The notes under the pieces were generated by a model. It searched no databases. It was not told the DNA's origin and saw only the letters and a program-made list of their open reading frames with translations. Both the position numbers and the translations under genes were made by a program. From Malacoraja senta (Eukaryota), in the NCBI GenBank assembly GCA_038087875.1, contig CM076001.1, positions 1,180,001 through 1,244,000 of the forward strand: a DNA stretch of 64,000 bases, in the 5' to 3' direction. Positions 49,620 through 61,520 of the stretch are shown here, piece by piece (the first letter of the stretch is position 1; each line of letters starts with the position of its first letter).

Positions 49620-51503
49620 CCACAAACACACACTCATCACACCCCTTGATGATTATTTTAATTTTTAACATTTGCTTCTTTTACCCATCTCCACCCCATC
49701 CACTGATGAATAGCCCTCACCTCTCAGATGCGTCTAGAGGGGTTGGTGGCAGAGGGAAAATTTAATGTTAGAAATAAAAAATATTGAAGAGGGGGAGGAA
49801 GAGGGTGGAGAGGAAGGGGGAGAGAGGAGGGGGAGAGAGGGAGAGGGGTGGAGAGAGGAAGGAGAGGATGGGGGAGAGAGGTGAAGGGGGGTGGTTGGAG
49901 CTGCAGTGCATGAGTCGAGCAGCGGGCTGTGAAGAGAGAAGGGCAGAGAGAGAGAGAGAGGGGAGAGACAGAGAGATTGGTACAAAAAAAAAAGCTGCAG
50001 AAACACAGTGGGTGCAGCAGCATCTATGGAGCGAAGGAAATAGGCAACGCTTTGGGCCGAAGCCCATCCTCAGATGGGTTTTCTCCCGAAACGTTGCCTA
50101 TTTCCTTCGATCCATAGATGCTGCTGCACCCGCTGAAGATATACAGTTTTTTTTGTGTATCTTCGTTTTTCCAGCATCTGCAGTTCCGTCTTAAAGGCAG
50201 AGAGACTGTTTGTGGGATGTTTTCCCAACGCGGTTTGCGGGAGGGGGAGGGGCTGCAGCATCACACTCACACTAACCACCCCCCAAACTCACACTAACCA
50301 CCCCCCAAACACACTCGGGGGGAGGGGGGAGAGGAAGACGGGGGTGGGGAGAGAAGAGGGGAGAAGGAGACGGGGTGGGAGAGAAGAGGAGATGGGGAGG
50401 GAGGGGAGAGGGGGAGGAGGAAAGGGGAGAGATTGGTGAGGGAGAAGAGAGCAGGGTGGGGGAGAGGGAGGGGGAGGAGAGTGGGGAGTGGGTGGAGAGC
50501 GGGGAGGGCAGGAAGGGGGGAGAGGGGGGAGGGGATGTTAGAGGTGGAGAGAGGGGATGAGGGGAAGGGGAGAGGAGTAGGGGAAGAGAGGGAGAGAGGG
50601 AGGTGGGGGAGGGAGAGGGGATGAGTGAGTGAGGGGCAGAGGGGTAGTGGGGAGTGGTGCAAGAGAGAGGTGAAGGGGGTGGGGGGAGATGGGGGTGAAG
50701 AGGGGTGGTGGAGGAGGAAGATAGGGTGTGGAAGGGGAGGGAGGGGGAGAGGAGAGAGGGGGAAGAGTGGGGAGGGAGAGTGGAAGTAGGAGGGGTAGGG
50801 ACAGTTCATCTGTTCCCCATTCCCCTATCACCCCCAATCCTCTTCTCTATTCCCACACACGTGACGACGCCCTTCGACACAGGCTGTGGGAGGGGAGGGG
50901 CTGGGGCTGTGGCTGCTGCAAAGGCATATGTTAATGGATCCATTCCGATTTGTCTGTGAGCATTGAGCATTGTGACATCACAAAACGGAACCTTCATTAA
51001 CATTCTATTGCTGAGAGATGTTTTTTTAACATTTTGAAATTTCCCCATTCCCTATCACCTCCACACACGTGACGACGCCCTTCGACACAGGCTGTGGGAT
51101 TGGGGGGAGGGGCTGGTGCTGGGGCTGCTGCAAAGGCATATGTAAATTGATCCATTCCGATTGGACATGTGTGAGCATCGGGCATTGTGACATCACATTC
51201 TATGGCTGAGAGCTGTTTTTTTAACATTTTGAAATGTTGGGGTGGGGGGGGGGGGAGAAGAGAAGTATTTTATTTTAAAAAGCGTACACAAACACGACCA
51301 AATTTAATCTGGAGTGTCTATTCGTAAAGATAAATGTAATCTCTTTAGAAATGTAAAAAATATCGGCGTTTCCGCGTGCTGTGTGGGCCTAGGGCGGTAT
51401 CAAAGGGGATTTGTGACACAAGTCAGGCGGATGGCAGACACAAGTCAGGCAGCCACAAGTCAGGCAGCCACATAGTTTTAATATAATATAGATAGATAGA
51501 TAT
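49620..51503 (-). mobile_element. Helitron-like non-autonomous element(s) with purine-rich tracts and an internal ~225-bp duplication (50810-51235)
   Basis: Minus-strand 5' end TATCTATCTATCTATATTATATTAAAACT. Modules at 49620-49740 and 50225-50300 match the reverse complement of 35930-36120. The 3' end is lost in the gap. Confidence 0.5.
49980..50194. mobile_element. Palindromic Penelope-pLTR-derived element nested in the Helitron-like element
   Basis: Inverted arms GGGTGCAGCAGCATCTATGGA.CGAAGGAAATAGGCAACG. Flanks AGACAGAGAGATTG and AGGCAGAGAGACTG. Confidence 0.75.
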
Positions 51504-51777
51504 AATTGAGAAGGAAGTCATAACTCGTCAGTTCCAAAAGTTGCACATTAAATAATTAAACTAATAGAAAATGAGATCGGAAAGTAAGCGCCTTCTAGTG
51601 GCCAATACCCATATTAACACCATGGGGAGCCTATTTCCGTGTTGCAGTCCATTCAAACTATATATTATATCTATGTATATATATGACTTGTAAATATGAC
51701 TGTAATCATATATAATTAAGTATAATTATATTATATAAAAATAATATAATGAATATAATTGTGATGTGTGTTTTTGA

Positions 51778-52160
51778 ATGAGACTTGCTGCAGAGGTCTG
51801 GCTCCTGAACCAGCCTATTATGGGTGAGGGCAGTTCTTGTGGGTTCCTCCCTTTACTGAACCCCACTGACTGCTGAGTGTGCAGAGTGGGGGTCATGGCC
51901 ATAGTGGGACTGGGGCAGGTGCCAGGCTGGGGGACAGACCTGCAAGGCATCTTTCCAGTCGCTTTAATAGGAAAATGAATGAGACTGCCGCAGAGGTCCT
52001 AGGTTTTAAGGGCTCATGAACCTGCCTAATTAAAGGAGTCAGGACAGATCCTCTGGGTTCCCCCGTTACTGAACCCCACTGACTGCCATAGTGGGGATAG
52101 TTGGGGTCACGGCCATAGTGGGACTGGGGAGCAGTGCCAGGTTGGGGGAAAGACCTGTAA
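51778..52160. repeat. Diverged tandem duplication (two ~170-190-bp units)
   Basis: Shared AATGAGACT..GCAGAGGTC, TACTGAACCCCACTGACTGC, GGCCATAGTGGGACTGGGG, GTGCCAGG.TGGGGGA.AGACCTG. Confidence 0.75.
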
Positions 52161-52364
52161 GAGTAAAGTCTTATTTCTGATGTAAATGTCACATCCTGTG
52201 ACCAAGAATCGAATGCTCTGATGTTTACTCAATGAGTATTCATTTTAAGCTACAATGAGCCAATATTTATGTTAGAGACCCTCCCGTGGTGACTTTGCAA
52301 ATGAGGGCTATTACCTTTAACCTAAAAGAACCTTAAAAGTGTTGCATTGTTTGAGTATCTGTAG

Positions 52365-52620
52365 TTGTGTGTGTGTCTGTGTATACCTGTCAAACGTGTA
52401 TCTGTAGATGTGTGGATGTATGTGTGTGTGAATGGATGGATGTGTGCATGTATGTGTGGATGTGTGTGTGTGTGTGTGTGGATGGATGTGTGCATGTATG
52501 TCTGCGTGCGGATGGATGCGTGGATGTATGTGCATGTATGTGTGTCTGCATGCATGGAAGTGTGCGTACGGATGGATGTGTGTGTGTATGTGTGTATGTA
52601 TGAATGTGTGGATGGGTGGG
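52365..52620. repeat. (TG)/(TGGA)/(TGTA) compound microsatellite
   Basis: Visible directly in the sequence. Confidence 0.9.
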
Positions 52621-53586
52621 TGGACCAGCTCGCCATTATCATAAGTAATTCACTCATTGTTTAAATAATGTTACCAAATAAACAGTGAAACGATCGACAT
52701 TAAAATAAAACTTTATATAATCATTTATTTCCCCAATTTATTTGTTTACATTACATCTGATCTTCATCTGAATATTCTTCATCAGATTCCAAGTCTTTTG
52801 CAGTAATAGAGTTTCTCCAGTCAACACACTTACATAAATCTGTACATGGCACACCATACTGTTGACATGAGCATCTTCCTTTCCCTGCACTTGATTTCTC
52901 ACAGTTTGTTTTCTTGCATGAACAGTATGTTAATTCTAGCAAGGGGCTGGAGGCAGATCACCCCAGTCAATGTCCAATTCACCACCTACAATTTTCCACC
53001 CATGGCCATGTTTGTTGACCATCACTTGTCATGGATCGAAGCAGTCTCTTTGGGGCCGGCTCATCTGCTTCACCATCAGGAACTGCCTCTTGAGGTGATT
53101 CACCTGCTTCAGGCTTTTCAGCGTCTTGAACTCAATTGAAAGAGGAAAAAGAAAACAGAAAAGGAATGAAAAGTAAAATAAATCAACATCCTCAAATATA
53201 TCTTTTCATTTTTCAAAGTAACATCATATGACCATAAATAATTGTTGTTTGAGTCCCATATTACCTTTCTTCCTTCTAGACCTTGCTATAGCTCGATTTA
53301 TTGTTATGTTGCAGAAGTGACGATCACTCCGCATGATAACCCGGGATACACTGCTGCCTCCTAATAATAGAAGATAAAATGTGTCAGGGAGTATTTTACA
53401 TCTTTTCATGTTTTATATTATGTAAGACAATATCAACATATCAATGGGGAAATTATACATGTACGCATGTCCAGGTAGATGGGATGGCAAGTCTGCAAAT
53501 GATCAAATTAGTGTTCATTATGGCACAGGGCCTACAGTGCATGTCCACACAAAACACTTTTGTGTGGACAGGCTCTGAAGGGTGGA

Positions 53587-54027
53587 GGGGCAGAAGCTGC
53601 AGAAAAAAAAATCTCATAGTACTTAGGTCTGCATGGACTTCAATTCATAAAATGTCAATCTTTTCTTAATGTCAATGAGACTTACACTGTAATTTACTGC
53701 CATAGATAAGTTAGTTCAAGTTCAAGAAGGGGGGGCAGAGGCTGCAGAATAGCTAGAGAAAGAAACATCTCATAGGACTTAGGTCTGCATGGACTTCAAT
53801 TCATAAAATGTCAACCTCTTCCTAATGTCAATGAGACTTACACTGTAATTTACTACCATAGATAAGTTAGTTTGTTCAAGTGGAGGGGCAGAGGCTACAG
53901 AAAAAAAAATATCTCATAGTCATTAAGTCTGCATGGACTTCAATTCATAAAATTTCAACCTCTTCTTAATGTTAATGAGACTAACACTAAGTTACTACCA
54001 TAGATAAATTAGTTCAAGTTCAAGTTC
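53587..54027. repeat. Three tandem copies of a ~145-bp unit
   Basis: GGGGCAGA.GCT.CAGAA...TCTCATAG..CTTAGGTCTGCATGGACTTCAATTCATAAAAT...CCATAGATAA.TTAGTT repeated three times. Confidence 0.9.
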
Positions 54028-54856
54028 ACATACATCAATTCATTTCTACATAAACATCAACCATTTCTGACCATTTATCACTCCGATGGAAGCTTATAAA
54101 GAGCAGTCAATATTCCTCCGTTGTTCTCCCGTGGTCGGGGCCCGTAACGGCTGCTACGGACGGCACTATGTACAGCCTCCCCCCCCGCGGAGATGATCCA
54201 AACACCGGCCGCTTCTTAATTGAGACCGCGGCTTCACTATGTTAAGTACATAGGCCCCGCGGTCGGAGCACTTTTCCTCGGTAAGTTATCGCAGGCAGCT
54301 CCGAGATTAGATGTTAAAGACTTATTAGACTACAACAAGCTAGCATTAGTGAAAATTTGTATTTTACTTTGTTATGAATACACATAGTTTAGGCCCTCAC
54401 CTTCATGAATGAATGAATGAATGAATGAATGTACAGCCTCCAAATCTCATTTTTTCAAATTTTAAAAGGGTGCAATTAAATTAATTAAAGTCCATACAGA
54501 TTAATTTTCATAAATTCAGACTTTAGATCTTACCTTTCAGTTCCAGTTGATTCACAATGTTTCAATCAGTAGAAGTACTCTTAGCCATGTTGTGTGCTCC
54601 CTGCCTAGCTAGCCTGAAACAAAGCATGTGATTGGCTAATTGGTGTCCGCCTCAATGTTAAACGTGCTTTGATAGGACTAAAGCTACCCGAAAATGTTCA
54701 GGTTTTTCTCTAATTTATTAAAAATGTGCAAGTTTTGTTCTTGACGAGTTTCAGGGATGATTTATATAATATTTTTACTCAATATGTGAATATTTCATGT
54801 AGTTCCGTGAGTTGGGTCACAAACTTGCTCAAAAAAGCTCCTCGGCCCACAGCCTA

Positions 54857-56864
54857 TTGAGATGTTTCTACAACTTGATTGGAGTCCACCAGTGGTAAAT
54901 TCAATTGATTGGACATGATTTGGAATGGCACACACCTGTCTACAGTTCACAGCGCATGTCAGAGCAAAAACCAGTGCATGAAGACGAAGGAATTGTCCGT
55001 AGACCTCAGAGACAGGATTGTGTCGAGACACAGATCTGGGGATGGGTATAAAACAATTTTTGCAGCATTGCAGGTCCCGAAGAGCACAGTGGCCTCCGTC
55101 ATTCTTAAATGGAAGAACTTTGGAATCACCAGGACTCTTCATAGAGCTGGCTGCCCGGCCGAACTGAGCAATCGGGGAGAAGGGCCTTGGTCAGGGAGGT
55201 GACCAAGAACCCAATCGTCAAGTCAAGTCACATTTATTTTTATAGCACATTTAAAAAACAACTCTCGTTGACCAAAGTGCTTTACATTTGTTATAAGAAT
55301 AGTATAAACAAACAAACTACATACATATATACATATAGCCCTCGCTCAGAGGACGTCAGGAAAGGCTTGGGAGTACAGATAAGTTTTTAGTCTAGACTTA
55401 AAGGAGTCAATGGAGGGGGCAATTCTGATGGGAAAGGGGATACTGTTCCACAGTCTAGGAGCTGCAACCGCAAAGGGGATGCTGTTCCACAGTCTAGGAG
55501 CTGCAGTCTAGGAGCTGCAACCGCAGTCGCCCCTGAGCTTATGCCTAGACCGCGGGACATTCAGCAACCCCAAGTTGGCCGATCTGAGGGACCTGAAGGT
55601 GGTGTGGTGGGTGAGAAGACTTTTAATGTAGGTGGGTGCAAGCCCATTGAGGGCTTTGTAGACATAGAGGAGGGTCTTGAAATTTATACGGAACCGCACA
55701 GGGAGCCAGTGGAGAGATCGGGGTGATGTAGTCCCTTTTTCGGGTGCCCGTCAGGAGTCTCGCTGCGGCGTTTTGGACCAGTTTCAGGCGGGACAGAGAA
55801 GATTGGCTGATGCCAGTGTAAAGGGAGTTGCAATAATCTAGGCGGGAGGAGATAAATGTGTGGATGATCTTTTCAAGGTCATCAAGCTGGAGGAATTGTT
55901 TTATTTTAGCTTTGACAGAGCTCCAGAGTTCCTCTGTGGAGATGGGAGAACCTTCCAGAAGGACAACTATATCGGCAGCACTCCACCAATCAGGCCTTTA
56001 TGGTAGAGTGGCCAGACGGAAGCCATTCCTCGGTAAAAGGCACATGATAGCCCGCTTGGAGTTTGTCAAAAGGCATGAGAAATAAGATTCTCTGGTCTGA
56101 TGAAACCAAGATTGAACTCTTTGGCCTGAATGCCAAGCGTCGCGTCTGGAGGAAACCAGGCACCGCTCATCATCTGGACAATACCATACCTACGGTGAAG
56201 CATGGTGGTGTCAGCATCATGCTGTGGAGATGTTTTTCAGCAGCAGGAACTGGAAAACTAGTCAAGATCGAGGAAAAGATGAACGGAGCAAAGTACAGAG
56301 ATATCCTTGATGAAAACCTGCTCCAGAGCGTTCTGGACCACAGACTGGGGCGGAGGTTCAACTTCCAACAGGACAACGACCCTAAGCACACAGCCAAGAC
56401 AACGCAGGAGTGGCTTCGTGACAAGTCTGTGAATGTCCTTGAGTGGCCCAGCCAGAGCCTGGACTTGAACCCGATCGAACATCTCTGCAGGGACCTGAAA
56501 ATAGCTGTGCATCGACTCATCCAACCTGACAGATCTTGGGAGGATCTGCAGAAAAGAATGGGAGAAATTACCCAATTACAGGTGCCAAGCTTGTAAGGTC
56601 ATTCCCAAATAGACTTGAGGCTGTATTCGCTGTCAAAGGTGCCTCAAGAAAGTTCTAAAGGGTCTGAATACTTATGTAAATTTGATATTTCAGTTATTTC
56701 TTTTCAATTACTTTGCAAAAATTTCTAAACACCTTTTTTCTCTTTTTTTATTATGGGGTATTGTGTGTAGACTGATGATAAAAAAATGAATTTAATCCAT
56801 TTTAGAATAAGGCTAACAAAATGTGGAAAAAGGGAAGTGGTCTGAATACTTTCTGAATGCACTG
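54857..56864 (+). mobile_element. Tc1 (DD34E) transposon, left TIR missing, transposase disrupted
   Basis: MKTKELSVDLRDRIV from 54978; [14 protein letters not shown]-(34)-LNPIE. The right IR/DR has GGTCTGAATACTT twice and ends ...GAATGCACTG|TA. Confidence 0.92.
55221..55909 (-). mobile_element. 5'-truncated L2-clade LINE inserted in the Tc1 transposase
   Basis: RFRINFKTLLYVYKALNGLAPTYI...RSLRS; (TTGAC)n tail. The Tc1 coding sequence resumes at ~55910. Confidence 0.85.
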
Positions 56865-57904
56865 TAACATCTGCAGGTTTCCTTCTATTTACTGTGTGTA
56901 CAGATTTTGAGCTTTTTCTTTTGTGATTTTGGAGAAATGTATGTAACCCATAAATGGGAACATATTGTGTAGGAATAATCCATGCCGTATCCCTCTTTGC
57001 GATGTAACAGAGAAATTAAATGCAGCCATTCCAGCACTCCTTTTCATTTTTTTTCCTTCAATCATTATTCTGCTTTTCATTGGATGGAGATGAATTTATT
57101 CTATTATCGAACAATTATTATACAAACCTCTTGATTAATTCACTTTAGATGATCCACGTGCATAGTGATCAAATGAATGCAATGCTAAAATCACAGTTGT
57201 CAACTATTTTATTATCTTTGAATTTTCCCATTGGAAGTACTCATGAGTTAAAATCATTGGCTCCAACCATGCCATTTCATTTATTTCCATTATTGATTTT
57301 TCATAGTAGTGCCTATTTTATGAAGGAGTGTGTGTCCATTGGAAGGATTATGCAAATATCACCATACAAAATCCACAAAACTGCAAGGTAGTGAACTTAC
57401 TTTTTTCAGTAAGTTAAAAACAATTTAGGAATTGAGTGATATCAACTTTCCGAAGTCATATTGATTAACGCGTGTCGCTAGTTAAAGCTAATAAGTGACA
57501 AAACATAGAATCTTGAGTATCTGACAAAGTGATGATACTTAATGACTGGTGTTATAATGTTACTGCTGTGAATGGCAAGGAGGATTTTCTAATATAGTAC
57601 TATAATGCGATATACACATTCTGTATTTGCCAAAGAAATAAAAGCATGTAGAAGGCACCAAGTTAAAACAATCCAACAATACTATTTATCAGAGAGGTGG
57701 CCAGTGTAGGCATGGAATAAAATATTGTTAATCAGCAGAGAAATGTTACTATTATTCTTGATAAAATTCAAAAAATCTCAAATAGCCTATACATACCTAT
57801 AAATACAGCACATATATTTTACTGACAACCTACAAATAATTGCTAAGACTAAGCACACTGATATTGCGGGTATTACCAAAATTGTTTTTGCAATGTAAAT
57901 TATT

Positions 57905-58600
57905 CAGTCTGAAGAAGGGTCTGACCCAAAATGTCACCTATTCATGTTCTCCAGACTTGCTGCCTTACCTGCTGAGTTAAGGGGCTGTCCCACTGCGGCG
58001 ACCTAATTGGCGAGTTTAGAAGAGTTTGCCCTCGACTTATACTCGCAGCATGGTCGACACGAGGTCCTAGGAGGTCTTTGTAACTCTCCTTCATGTTTGA
58101 GAGTAGTCCCCGCGTACTCGTGGCCTCAGCTAGGTCGCGGCTTATTTTTCAACATGCTGAAAAATGGCCGCGAGTAAAAAAAGGTCGCCATGGAAAAAAA
58201 ACGATATTTTTTTAACTCGTAGGTTTAGTCGAAGTAGGTCGTAGTACGTCGGCATGTTATTCGTAGGTAATCGAAGGTAGTCGAAGGTAATCGAAGGTAG
58301 TCGAAGGTAGTCGTAGATAGTCTTCTACAAAGTCGAAGGGAGATCGAAGGAGGTCGTCTTCACTCTCCACTATTCGGTGTCCAATTTTCCCGAAGCTAGT
58401 CGAAGCTAGTCAAAGCTAGTCTTCAACATAGTCGAAAGAGGTCGAAGGAGGTCTTCTACATAGTCGAAGGAGGTCTTCAACATGACACTTTTTCAAACCC
58501 TCCGAAACTCTTCTAAACTCACCAATTAGGTCACCGCAGTGGGACAGCCCCTTGCCTTGTGTTTTTTTTTGTAAACCAGCATCTGCATTTCCTTGCATCT
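57905..58600 (+). mobile_element. Penelope pLTR (hammerhead-like core) interrupted by a MITE
   Basis: CAGTCTGAAGAAGGGTCTGACCCAAAATGTCACC...GCTGAGTTA | MITE | ...GTAAACCAGCATCTGCATTTCCTTG. Confidence 0.65.
57980..58552. mobile_element. MITE, PIF/Harbinger-like
   Basis: ~48-bp TIR AGGGGCTGTCCCACTGCGG(C/T)GACCTAATTGG(C/T)GAGTTTAGAAGAGTTT; internal TCGAAGGTA repeats. The TSD is not clean. Confidence 0.8.
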
Positions 58601-61154
58601 AAATTATTCATTATTTTTTGGCACAGTGGAAGGCTGATGGCAATAGGTGATTGTATAGAACTTGTGCTTGCTGTAACATGTACAGAAATTCAATCCAGAC
58701 CCTAAGTGTGTATTACACATATACACATGGAGATTACTGGTTTAATTGGCATTTTTTAACCAGGCATAAACAAATCATAAACAGGCCAGATCTTGAACAC
58801 TGGAACATGTTTTTAATTATATGTTGCAGGCATTATAATGAAATTAAAGTGAGACAGGAAAATAGTAAGTCTGTTGGCCATGTAGGGCAATGCATTTTCA
58901 AATTGTAATCCTTGTTTTCAAATTCATCCACGGTTTTAGCCCTTGCTATTTACGTGACAGTTTGTGGCAATAGTTCACTCTCTAACTGATACATCACAAT
59001 GCTTGTTAGGGCAGATGATGCCTCTACATTCTTACAAGGAGGCACAGACAAAAAGGTAAGATGGAATATAGTTATATTTCTCTATGCCTATAAATTTGCA
59101 TCACTTATATTATTACCAGGCAGAAACGTCTCGGTTAAAGCTCCAGTTAATGTTTCTCTACTGTATCTTTTTATTCTTTAAAGCGCATCCTGTTCTTGCT
59201 CTCTGGTGATTTTAGTTTACATTTGTCACAAAATTTGCATTTTCGTTTTCTGGAATTAATGAATAAATTCACGATAAAAATACATTAACATTTCTTCAAA
59301 ATAACGAAAGAAGAAGCGACTGAAAATTTATCAGAAAAATTAAAAATCAAGAATCTAGTGGCCTAAGAATTGAATTGCATGTCAAATTTATTTGAGCACC
59401 ACACATTTAAAGAACAGATTGGACAGAGTGAAGTGCAACAGCAATCATTCCCAGATTGTTTTGCCTCACTCTGGATGTTAACCGAACACTTCCTGGCATG
59501 TGCCATGCTTACACATCTAATGCTATTTGAGGAACAAACCCCCATTGAAGATTTAATTTCCCTTGCAAGTTCCTTTTAGGGCATTACATGGTAAATTGTA
59601 CCACATTGTTCTATAGAATGACCTGGAAAAATAAACTTATTGCATTGGTCTGGGACACTATAAAGGTGTGTCCCGTTCTTACTTTCTAACCTTCCAGCCC
59701 CTTCCCTCTCCAGAAAGACCCCATGTCCCAACCTCTAAAACCTGAACGGCCCGTGATTCTTCAGTCACAATCCTAATTGCTAACCAAGCCACCCCTGGTC
59801 TGATCCTGTTAGAGAGTCCAATGGACCTAGTCCTTAAGGATAACAGCCCTGTTCTGTTCTCATGTACCCTGGACTCAGAGAGTGCGAAGGAAAAAGCACA
59901 ACACCAAAGCTTTAGTCACGTGCCCAAGTGGAAATGATTATTAGTGGGCTATGCAACACACATAAGCCATGCATTAATGATATACAATATCTAGCTTAGT
60001 GCTTTTCATAGAGCATCTCAAATAGAGTATTCTCTGGCAAAATCACAAGATACAATTCCAGGTAGATGCATTTTTGTTGATAATGCTGCACGGCTCAAAC
60101 AGATGTCTGTCAAAATAGGGTCTAAACTATACTCTTATTCCATCACTGCCTCTTCCATAATCAGTGCTATCAGTGATCTGGAACAGAAAATTTGTCAATA
60201 ATTCTTGGTGCTGGTAGGTCGCATTAATGTACAGCTAGTTGTGAATTGCTGCATAATTTAACTTTAAGGTGCTGCATCAAAATTAACCTTTTAATCCTGT
60301 TTGTTTCTAATACAAGTCCCCAGCATTATCATGGACACTGATGTTTTGGGTTGGGAATAAATGGTGAAAAAATAGCATTACTATCAAAGCTATAACATTT
60401 AGAGCAAGTCATTGGGCTGATGCATTCAGAGAGAAAAAAAATCATTATAGTGTAGGAAAGGGAGTTGCTTAGCAAATGATTGTTAATTGTTCAATTTTGA
60501 AGTGCTGCTGAGCAGAATGTTATGCATTGGAGTTGACTGTTGGTTAGTTAATTGTAATTATCATTTGTGTTATGGCCAGATCAATATAAAAAGTGCAGTT
60601 AAAATTTTAACCATTGCTATGATCATATCGCAAACTGCTGAATTTTTGATGCTTCAAATTAAATTTTGGCTGCACTCAACAGCTCCTGCTTAACTCCTTG
60701 AATTATTCACCTTGTATTGCACTCTTAAGCTGTAGCTATTACTTTGTCTTTGCCTCAAACAATGATTCACCTCCTACAAATCAATTGCCTTGGCACACAT
60801 ATGTTGGCAGCCTAATCTTTTGTCCTAATACGTTGCTTCAGCCTTACACCTCAGCAGTGCATAAAACACGTAACATGAGACTGTGAGATGAAACTGTTCT
60901 TTTGGTCCCATCTACACTACTAAGTCCTTAAGAATATGACCTGCCAATGAAGAAAACAGTGTATTTCCCTCGGTAGATATTGATTTACACATCCATGCAG
61001 GCTAAAAGGAATCACTTTGAAATTGCATGTTTTTAGCAATTCATTTGGTTACATTTTGTGTATTTGAATACCTTTATCACATATTGCACTTCCAGTAGGT
61101 GGTGCTGTGATCAAGTTTTTTTTAATCTGTACTTCGTCTCAACAAGTTCAAGAT

Positions 61155-61520
61155 TTGATCTTATGGAGGTGTACAAAATCATGAGCGGAATAGAACAGGT
61201 AAATGTTCAGAGTCTTTTGCCCAGAGCAGGGGAATTGAGAACCAGAGTCCATACGTTTAAGGTGAGGGGGGAAGATTTAATGGGAACCTGAGGGAGTAAC
61301 CTTTTTACACAAAGGGTGATGGGTGTATGGAACAAGCTGCTGGAGGAGGTGGTTGAGGCAAGTACTATCGCAATGTTTAAGAACCATTTAGACAGGTACA
61401 TGGATAGAGTAGGTTTAGAGGGAAATGGGCCAAAAGCAGGCAGGTGAGACTAGTGTAGGTTGGTCGGCATGAGAAAGTTGGGCCGTGGAGCCTGTTTCCA
61501 TGCTGTATGACTCTATGACT
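61155..61520 (+). mobile_element. CR1 3' end remnant
   Basis: DLMEVYKIMSG...RTRVHTFKVRG; ends TGTATGACTCTATGACT. Confidence 0.8.

Larger units (their letters stand above)
52273..54856 (-). mobile_element. Internally deleted, intron-containing DNA transposon, Academ-like
   Basis: C-terminal HGWKIVGGELDIDWGDLPPAP..LELTYCSCKKTNC...CSCQQYGVPCTDLCKC; N-terminal GYHAE..RHFCN..INRA and KRLLRS pieces with GT-AG introns. Putative ends TAG...CTA; boundaries are uncertain. Confidence 0.6.

Noticed and set aside
49062..49671. ORFs containing X runs
   Set aside because: They span the assembly gap.
54030..54310. CpG-rich segment after a (GTTCAA)n run, possibly a small retro-insertion
   Set aside because: Boundaries and family could not be established.
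59010..59579. Possible small exon (AG...AAG|GTAAGA at ~59010-59055) and ORF 59370-59579
   Set aside because: Poor pyrimidine tract, no compatible partner exons, no recognisable peptide.
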